From: Eutreptiella sp. 'Long Island Sound 2002'
Taxonomy: Eukaryota > Protista > Euglenida
DNA: 64,000 nt
Direction of reading: 5' to 3'
NCBI GenBank assembly: GCA_964036045.1
Contig: OZ038378.1
Coordinates: 175,956,001-176,020,000 of the forward strand
This document shows, one piece after another, positions 39,201-48,342 of the stretch. Positions within the stretch are counted from its first letter, which is position 1. Each line of letters starts with the position of its first letter. The notes below the pieces were generated by a model. That model saw only the letters and a list, made by a program, of their open reading frames with translations, had not been told where the DNA came from and made no database searches. Position numbers and translations under genes: made by a program.

Positions 39201-42200
39201 ACTCAACTCAACTCAACTCAACTCAACTCAACTCAACTCAACTCAACTCAACTCAACTCAACTCAACTCAACTCAACTCAACATAACACAACACAACACA
39301 ACACAATAGAAGCAGCACAACACAGCACAACATAACACAACGCAACACAACGCAACACAAGACAACACAACACATCACAACACAACACAACACAACACGA
39401 CACAACACAACACAACACAACACAACACAACACAACACAACACAACACAACACAACACAACACAACACATCACATCACAACACAACACAACACAAGCAGC
39501 ACAACACATCACAACATAACGCAGCGCAACACAACACAACACAACACAACACAACACAACACAACACAACACAACACAACACAACACATCACAACACAAC
39601 ACAACACAACACAACACAAGCAGCACAACAGAACATAACACAACACAACACAACACAACACAACACAACACAACACAACACAACACAACACAACACAACA
39701 CAACACAACACAACACAACACAACACAACACAACACAACACAACACAACACAACACAACACAACACAACACCAACACGACACAACCCCAACCCCAACCCC
39801 AACGCCAACGCCAATGCCAACGACGACGCACCACACCACAACGCATGGCATCACAGCACAGCACGGCACTCCGCGCGACAGCACAAACACGAGCCCGCAC
39901 GTATGTGAAGCCCCAGATCCTACGTGCAAAGAAGAGCAGTGTGACAACGTGATTTCACCAGCTGCACACAGTACCTGAGTGGCTGTGTACTCTCGTCACT
40001 ACCACACACCACCAGAGGGCCATGTGGCATAGGCGCCATTCCACAACAATAGACAACCAGAAAATGCACACATACACACACACTCTCTCTCTCTTGTAGT
40101 ATACAATACAGTACAATATAAACAGTGGGTGCACACTTGGAGTATTTGCCAGAGCTATCTTCAGATCCTGCAGCGCAAACTGCAGCGCAGACCAGGACCA
40201 GACACTAACACACGCAACACACAGCAACACAGACAGGATACATTCAGCGACTGGTGCTCGGGGCTCACTGCAACCTGGGTTCAACCAAGTCATCCCTCTC
40301 CATCAGCGAGCACCTTGGTGTGACGTCTCACTGACATTGCTAACTTCATGGAGGGGTAAGTCGCTGCACCAAGGGTCCAGTCGCTCAGTACACGCAGCAC
40401 AGAGGTACAGGCAGTACTATGCAGCAGTACACAGCACACCTGTAACACACCGTAACCGGTATGTTGCCCTCCAAAGTGGCCTCCAAACACACACACACAC
40501 ACACACGGCATGAGGAGACCAAGAGAACCAACCCACTGCAGACAATGGGGGGCAATTGCTTTCTGGGTAAACTCAAAAACCTCTCGGAAAATCAAGGTTT
40601 TTGTGACTTGTCCCACCAAGGAACAGTGTACCCTCAAAAATGGCAGAAAACCCTCATATTGGAACCAGCACACCTTGCCCTGCCACGAGACAGCTCTGCA
40701 ATACCCTGCTACATTGCGAAAGAAACATGGACAGCATGAGCTGTGTGACTACTAGAGCTGTGTACATAAACCAGCACCAAGCAGGGGTGGGAGGGCAAAA
40801 TCCAAATGGAAAGGTATGCAAGCCGAAGCAATAGCGCCACACGAGGAGGATGGCATGAGGTTCCACGAATCTGATTTTGGGTTGTAAGATGGGCCTTTCT
40901 GATGCTAAAAATCCAGATGTGCAGCCATTGCGTCTTTTATTACACGTGTAGCTACCTGGAAGTAGAGCGGAGTTGAAGAGCATCAGTTGTCAGAAACCAA
41001 AAGAATGGGATGATCAAGACACGGATTGGGATAGGAAGTAAAGCACACAACCAAACGGGTGCGTCCCAGTCGCCACCATGGTACCAAAATGCATGTACGG
41101 CCTTCTCTGCACAGCACGTCAGCTGCCGAAATTAGGACGACCGGGCCAAAACGCTTCGATTATGGTCATTGGTTGATGGATAATAGCCTGCACACAAGGG
41201 AAGACAGCTAACACAAAACGGTGAACAATCCTGTGAAGATCCAAAACTACGCCTACAATATATTTCATTGCTCCGCTTGGGTGGGTCCCTGTGCAGGCTG
41301 CCCACACAGCGCGTGCACAGTGCACAGTTCACCCCCTACGCCTCGGAACCCAAACCGCATGTGCAGTCTCACAAACCTGCCTCTGTGACCTCCTGCAACT
41401 CATAAACGTCAATGCAACTTAGATCCAGCTTCAGATGGTGCCCCAGCAGCGCTTTGGCCCCGACCCCAAGCACTTGGACCACGTGGAAATTCGTGTTGAA
41501 CGGCAGGAGGACCTCATCTTCATCCGCAAACTCGCTGACGAAGAGGGACGATGGGATGTACACAAAAGGAGGGCTGCACAAGGGACATCCGCCTCAGCCG
41601 CTCCGTTTCCAAAACGTGTTGCACAAGATCGAACGACGGCTACAAACACAGACAACACCAATGCCCCCGCCGCGCCGTGCGGTGTCGGAGCAGACGGGCC
41701 GATCACATACGCTCGTGGGTCAGTCGACTGGGCACAAGAGAGGAACAGGCACACCCCACACCCAATCCCGACGAGGAATCCATGATCGAGGTGCATGAAA
41801 TGGTGAAGGGGCGGGGAGGAGGCTTCTTCTCCCTTCCTTCTTCTCTGGTTTGGCGTGTGAACTGGCGCACCCTGTGTCCGAGTGCGCTCTGGAGACAAGC
41901 CTGGATCAGGTATCTGTCCGCATATGACAAGCGTGTCCCTCCGAGAGGGCGAGATTGATCTGCATGCACTCATCAGAGTGCCACGTCTCGCGGCCCAATG
42001 GCACACAAGAACCCGTTGACGGCTGGAACCGGTGTTACTGACAGCGGTCCTGCCCATAGGATCTGCAGTTGGCCGCGCAACAATGACCCAGAAACTACCA
42101 GCATCATCCAAAGCCCTGTGCTGACTAATACCCCCACGCCTCTGTTACCAATTCATTCAGATACTTGCACCCAGACGTGATACATCAGTATGTCCGTGGC

Positions 42201-45200
42201 TGGGAGCTACACTGTACGCAAGACCTTTGGTGCGACTGATCAACTTAGAATCCAGCGGCCAGTCACGGCAGTCCATCACAGGCCCTCTCCGACGCCGAAT
42301 GAGCGGCATCGCGCAGAACGGTCCTTCTAGTCGGAGGCGACCCGAGTCTCGCAGTCCTCAACGCACGTAATGCGCACCAACGAACAAAAGCAGGAAATGC
42401 GGGCAGAGTGCCTGCCGCAGCTCATGCACTGGTGGCCTAAGGATTGCCGGGGCCCCTTATAATCCTGTGTTGCGGGTTGGGAACACAAACAATGACACTC
42501 CGCGGATTAATTCTCCTCTGTCTTTGTGTCTACAGAAATTCTTGTGATTCCCAGACGTACAATGACGACCATTTGCCACCAACTGACATCCTTCACCTTC
42601 GAGAAGGCTTTGTATTCTGTGAAGAGTGAAAATCAGGCTGCTGCAGTCCGCTGCCGAAGACAGCCGTGACAGGCAACTAACGCGACCAAAAGGAGACTGG
42701 TACCGACAGTCAGAACCAACGTCCCAAAAATAATGGGGCTGTAATGGGAGGAATGGGAGTAATGGGGAGGGGGGTTGCATGTTTACAATGTGACGCAGCC
42801 TGATGCTGCCGGGCCCGAGTCGGGCTCAGCATTGCAGGGCTGACAGGATACCGGAGGGGGGAGTAGATGCATAAAGAGGGCAAGGCAACCCCCTGGGTTC
42901 CCTGTACACGCCATGGCAGGTACACCTGAAGTCACGGATACTGCGGCCGCTGGTGCAGCGCAGCATGAAGACCGACCCTTCGCTGGCGCCCACGAAGCGT
43001 CTAACGATTTCGGCGCTGGCAGTCGTGGAGCTGAACGCCGTCCACGTCAGGTAGCGGCCCCGGGCGTAGGCCTGGCTGGGTACCCTACAGGGCAGGCCGC
43101 GGTACACCTGTGTCATTGTGTACGACGGGAGGTGTTGGAGCGCGCGGCTGAGGTGGATGATCAGGAAGCGGTAGCGCTCCAGAATGGGCCTGTGCAGAAC
43201 GACATGTGGCAATGATGCGGGCAGGCCAGACACAGCAACCTCGATAGGGTCGTCGAAGCCTGCTGGACTGATAATGGGGGCCGATAATACGGCCTGTCGT
43301 ACGCGCATCGAGGCTGGTGCATGAGCTGCGGGTGTGCTGTGCTGTATTGCAGTGTGTTGTGTCGCAACACAATACAACAACGCAACACAACGCAACTCAA
43401 GGCAACGCAACGCGACACGACAGGACACGATACAACACAACACAGCACAACACAGCACAACACAGCACAACACAGCACAACGAAGGCAGAGCTAAACGGT
43501 TGTCAACACCTCCGTGGACACCCGGACACCCAGATTCGTCTTTTTTTGTAAAAAAAAAATGCCGGTTTTTTTTATTGGAAATGTTTTTTCATCACAATAT
43601 GAGCTGCAATGCACTTGTAAAAGGAATTCTGTGGTTTTTGGATGGTTTCACTCAACAGCTCAACCAATCCCAACAACACAAAACAGAAAAGAGGTACTAT
43701 TTTGTAGATTGGTGGCACAACACAACGCAACGTTACGGAACACAACGCAACGCTACACAAGCAACACAACACGAAACGACAAAACACGACACGACACAGT
43801 GCAACACAATGCTACGCAATGCAACGCAACACAACGCAACACGACACCGCGCACGCAACACAATACGGCACACAACACAATGCATGCCTGTCCTGCAGCC
43901 GCATAGCAGCATTCATGTCGCTATAGATCTCAGTCTCGAGGGTGTACAGGTACACAGCCGCCACACGATCGTCGGTCATGCTCTGGTAGCTTTCGTTTAG
44001 GGCGTGCACCGCTGACGCACGGAAGCTTTCGAGGAAAGTCTCGGCCTTGACCACGAGGTCCAACGCCGTTGGGGCGCGCGATTCAGTCGCCACCACGAGC
44101 TCGTCTTCGCACGCGCCCGCGATGCATAGGTCCGGATGGCGGTCCTACATGTGCAGAAGACGCGAACCAGACACAGTTTTCGCCGGGAATTGGGTGGATT
44201 CGGCTTGCGTAAAAATGGGGGGAAAGGTGGATTTGAAATTATGGGTCAAGCTGGGGTATTGTCCGTGCTATACCCAAATGGTGCCAAAATGGCTGGCCAA
44301 CTGGCCGGAACTAATTTTGGACCGTGCACAGGGTTGCCCTTCATGGACAAAACAAAGTGAGAGATTGCCGCCTTCAGTTACGCCCGGACCTCTAGGATGC
44401 CACGGGCAGCCAGCGTCGATTACCCACAAACTGCCGCCCGTGACCATCAAGCACTATCACCGCCATCGCCGTCGCTTATCTGCCAAACGCCTTCGGTGAT
44501 GCACCAAAATAATTGCGGTTGGTAATGTGTGAACTGCCCTCGGTTGACTGCTGCTTTGCCACTCAGCACCTTCAGCATCCTTAGTCAAGAAAGAAAGGAG
44601 GTCCTCAAAGATGTCCTCCATGTCAATTGAGCACTTGAATATCCCCTAATTCAACACCTGGAGGCTTAGCAGTGGCGTGTAGCAGCTGGCAGGCTGAAAG
44701 CAGAGGCTCAGAGCGACAGTGGTGCTGTTCGGCAGTGGAAAAAGGGTAAGCCGGGGCGGGGGGCTCAAATTTTGATTCGGCAAGACCTCTGTTCGCAGTA
44801 CATTGGTTGGACATTCAGGCACACCAGGTGTCCAGCTGAGCACTCTCTCTCAAACTAGAGTTGAATCTCGACCGAATGGCTGGCCCTTCAATGCAACAAA
44901 TTGCTTATCATGGGCCTTGCCCGCTTTCCGGGGCATTTGTACGCACCCCTCTACCCAATCCTCCCTGGTCCCTGAGAATAGACAGCTATCCGGTGGAATA
45001 CGGAAGAAGGCGTCAGCACAACAGACAGGGAAAAGAGTCGGGAGCATTCGGATCGTTCTGGCAGCGCAGGGGAATGTTCCGGATGTCGCCACATGTATCC
45101 CAGAAGCAGCGGACAAATCCCGGGACGTCCAGCATGTCTCGGCGTTTTTCCCGAAAGCACTGGGATGTACTCGGCGCGTCCCAGGCCAGACCAGAGGTGC

Positions 45201-46559
45201 CATTGCGTCACACACGAGGACAGACCAGTGCATAGCAGTCCAGCGACGAGGGCCAGCATCCCGCTGTGACTATTATCCCCAGCATCCTCCAGGAAGCAGG
45301 CGCCCTCCCGCCTCGACAATGTGCAGTCGGTCCGTAAAGGCCAACTGAGTCGGCCGTACCCCCCCCCCCACCCCCTTGCGCAAGCACGGCCGCAGTCCCA
45401 GAAAACGAAGCAAAACAGCGGTTCGACGCCCACCTCGTGCTTAGACAAGGCCGTGCTCGCGTGTGACACGCACAACAGCAAAGCGCGCGCACCAATGTTC
45501 TCGCCAAGCCTTACCCAAAGCATGGTACACTGCGTAAGTAACATCCCGGGTATTCTGACTGTCCTCATTGGCTGCTGGGGCTATTAGGTGCTGTGGAATA
45601 GAAGGCCTTTCCAGCCTTCCCACTCATCTTAATCAATTGGACATGCTTGCCCTTTGGGGTAGGCTTTGGGGCAGGTTTCGCGGCAGGGTTTGGGCTTCCT
45701 ATTCTTTGGCATAAAGCCATCATCCACAAAGTCCTGCAGGAAGTACAGCTCGCGCTCAAAAATGTTTGGTAGAATGATGTCATGAACAGAATGAACAATC
45801 ACAGTCCTGAATGAGCCCCTCTTTCCTTGCACGACCACCTCACAAACACCCAATCTTACATTCGGCACCACAAAAATAGCGGTCTCAAAAAATCCTGAAA
45901 ACAGCGGATCAACGCCCACCCGGTGCTTAGACAAAGCCGGGGGGGGGGGGGGGTATATGTCAATGGTTGGCGCCCTGGGTGTCCTGCTGCGTTTTTGATC
46001 CGATATTTCTGGGCACGGGCATAGGCATGGGCACTCCGTGAGCGGGTCACTGTCGGCCAATTTGCCCACCGCCGGTTGATGCTTAGCACGTGAAACTTCC
46101 AGGCCTTGATCATAAGTACACGCATACCTGCACGTGCGCCGCAAAATCGGAGGTGATGGCCCCGCAACCGCCGCAGCCACACAGAACGAAGTCATCGGGG
46201 CGCCGGAGGGTCATCTCCCTGAGAGTCTCCAGCACCGCCCCGGGCGGGGGCCCGTCGTCCGCGAAGAATTCCGTCGCCTGCGCTTGTGCGGCGCGGTCCG
46301 CATCGTCCAGGCCGCTGCCGAACTTGCCGCCGCCCGGCCGCTCTGCGGCCGTGCGGCGGTCGCAATGGCGAGACGGGGACTGCGACGTCAGCCACTCCGT
46401 GAGCAATGGCACAGGCTGCACTACAACGCCGGCCTCGGCTTGCACGCAGGCGCGTCCGAGCACGTCGTGAAACGCGCGGAGAAACCCGCCTTTCTCGAGG
46501 TTCTGCAGCTGCTGGCCCGTGAGGCCGGACAATAAAGCGATGGAGCATTCAACGCTCAT
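28390..46559 (-). CDS. Multidomain ADP-ribosyltransferase: Dpy-30/RIIa-like, C2H2-like finger, ART (R-S-E), ankyrin, RNI-like LRR, WD40. Exons 46559-46128, 44144-43888, 43189-42926, 41534-41377, 39044-38698, 37638-37240, 36603-36217, 29730-29396; probable terminal exons starting at 29051 and 28628-28390 (>900 aa)
   Basis: Eight exons join with consistent phases (0,2,2,1,0,0,0,2). ART motifs: AVYLYTLE..Y..MN..MR, VYRG, W..FSSTT, FADEDEVL. Ankyrin: GLDVNA...SLLSWAVRQG...IVGALLQAGA. LRR: L.LQNCSLTD, VRLDNNSKVG..GVVALAEAL. WD40: LKGH..EVYCV...SSGTDHAVKVWD and several more. The 3' end is uncertain. Confidence 0.85.
30193..30272. repeat. (TG)n microsatellite, about 40 units
   Basis: Read directly from the sequence. 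Confidence 0.98.
30600..34450 (-). mobile_element. Heavily decayed retroelement mosaic in intron 7 of the ART gene, including a non-LTR (CRE/R2-like) RT remnant at about 32600-33200
   Basis: Minus-strand remnants in RT order: RGQSLAPPLVF (cf. QGDPLxPxLF), VPYLGG (cf. AYLDD), GLAKC (cf. GLxLNxxKC), LALVTRVGGG (cf. LPxRxGGLG). Strong CpG loss. Boundaries are approximate. Confidence 0.4.
38145..38368 (-). repeat. 224-bp interspersed element, copy B (inverted relative to 42248-42471)
   Basis: Reverse complement of 42248-42471 with 2 mismatches. Confidence 0.95.
39120..39780. repeat. Compound pentanucleotide satellite: (CTCAA)n at about 39167-39281, followed by (CACAA)n with variants
   Basis: Read directly from the sequence; lies in intron 4 of the ART gene. 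Confidence 0.97.
42248..42471 (+). repeat. 224-bp interspersed element, copy A
   Basis: Reverse complement of 38145-38368 with 2 mismatches. Confidence 0.95.
43365..43880. repeat. Degenerate (CACAA/CGCAA)n tracts at about 43365-43480 and 43715-43880
   Basis: Read directly from the sequence; lies in intron 2 of the ART gene. Confidence 0.9.
45412..45939. repeat. Pair of about 42-bp direct repeats (45412-45453 and 45898-45939)
   Basis: AAAACAGCGG.TC.ACGCCCACC..GTGCTTAGACAA.GCCG occurs twice. Confidence 0.75.
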
Positions 46560-47389
46560 ACGCAAGACCTTGCCGCAAGAACTGGAGGAGAAAAGGACAG
46601 ATGCCATCCCATCGCTTTGTGGTGGTACTCTCTTTCAGTGGGCCGCACGGCATCCGAAAGAAAACTTATTTTGCAAAGCAGTAGGTACAAAAAAATTTTT
46701 CATTACACAATACCCTCAGGCAGCTGCCAACAGCCGTCAACTGGTCATCGGTTGACCATCAGGTGTCAGCAGTTAACGGCTACCCATTAGTGGGCAGCTT
46801 TGGGCGGTTGGGGGCTATCGACCAGCTGGCATGCTACACAGGGTTGCAACTCGTTTGCAAAATGTACGTCCTGGTCAAGCGCAGCGTGCAGCTTTCAGCA
46901 TTCCGACATGTGTCATTTTTGCCACAGAAAATGGGCAATGCGCCCACTTTCGGTGTGGGCAAAGAATGTACGCGCCCTCCCTTTGACAAATACCTGCCCG
47001 CGTGTGACAGTATCCCCACACCCCCGGGGGAACATACCCATGTCATGTCATGTCATGGAGCGTTAGAGCCATCTTTCGCTGGTCCGCCCAGTGGGTCTAG
47101 CCGTCACACACACACGCACTCCGATGGAATGAGCCAAAGCACAGGCAACAATCCGCTGTGGCGTGATCCGTAGAGCCGTAGAGTGGTGGAATGTGCGCCC
47201 ATGGTGCCCCGTGACCCCACCAGTGTACCAAGGTGCCACTATGCATGACACATTGGGGGAATGTTTGCCCGGCGCGCTACTTTTAGACTATGTTCCCCCC
47301 GAAGAGCCCCCAAGCACACCCCTTGGAAACGCCCTTAGAATTAGGTGACCCAAACTGCCCCAGCTCAAGAAAGTTGCAAGCTGGGGTAC

Positions 47390-47900
47390 ACAGTACCACT
47401 CTCGCTCCTTTAAGGGCGGTCTTGGTCAACACCTTAGCAAGTTGGGAGAATGGGGGGTTAGGATAGCACAACCGCATCGATCTCCAGTAGAAGCGATAGG
47501 CGTCATTGAGGTATCGCGAACAGTAGAGCTGCATCATAACATTGGTCCCACAAGTGTGGGTGTCAATACATTCAGTACAATAGTGCTCCTTACACTCATC
47601 ACAAACTACAACGGTGGGGCGCTTCTGGCAACACAACACACACACTTCTGCCTCATCCGCTGCCTCATCTTGCGTGCCACAACCGAGCAAACAGCTGCTC
47701 AATGCGTGCCCTATACCACCCGGGCACGTCATTGTAACATTGTTGGCGGGCTGTCAAAGTGCCATTCTTTCTTCCAATTAACGGCACAATGACATGAATC
47801 CGGCCCTTATAAGCACCATCATGGCCCCCAACTTTGAAATCAAAGAAATCACCTCGGGTACGAGAAGGTCCATACCCATCCCAAATCTGCTGATGTCCCG
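47390..47900 (-). pseudogene. Retroelement-type relic with Dam-like N6-adenine methyltransferase domain, preceded by a B-box-like Cys/His cluster and a chromodomain-like fragment
   Basis: LYCSRYLNDAYRFYW..M.LCYPNPPFSQLAKVLTK.AL.GARVVLCTP matches the Dam-like (NPPF) domain known from DIRS-type retroelements. Upstream are CxxC...CxxCxxxxCxxCxxxH and WDGYGPS. Confidence 0.7.
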
Positions 47901-48013
47901 GGGGCCAAGGGGCAAATCCATATAATGTTGCCCAACATATCAACGGCAACAGTCCACCGGTAGGGCACAGGTCAAAAAAGATGCCCGGCGCGCGCCTGGC
48001 GCGCTAACGTTCC

Positions 48014-48342
48014 CCCCAAGGTGAGGGGGAGCCGAGAGCACCATGCATGGCGCGAAGGAGAGAGGTGCCCGGACCAAGCTAGGCCCACCACGGGCATGCG
48101 AGCAGACGCTCAGAGACACCAGTCCCGCCGACAGGCCCCGGCTTTCTGGGAACTGGTGGGTTTCACCTTAGATGGAATGGGCCCCAGGTGAGGGGGGGCC
48201 GAGAGCACCATGCATGGCGCGAAGGAGAGAGGCGCCCGGACCAAGCTAGGCCCACCACGGGCATGCGAGCAGACGCTCAGAAACACCAGTCCCGCCGACA
48301 GGGCCCGGCTTTCTGGGAACTGGTGGGTCTCATCTTAGACGG
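48014..48342. repeat. Tandem dimer of a 167-bp unit
   Basis: GTGAGGGGG.GCCGAGAGCACCATGCATGG...CTTAGA starts at 48021 and again at 48188, with few mismatches. Confidence 0.92.

Larger units (their letters stand above)
41377..44144 (-). other. ART catalytic domain-encoding exons 2-4 of the multidomain gene
   Basis: Arg (YRG), Ser-Thr-Thr (FSSTT) and E-x-E (DEDE) motifs of R-S-E clade ADP-ribosyltransferases are present in order across three exons. Confidence 0.9.

Noticed and set aside
39268-39947. ORFs of (VLCC)n, plus similar ones at 43161-43478 and 43317-44000
   Set aside because: Translation artefacts of pentanucleotide satellites.
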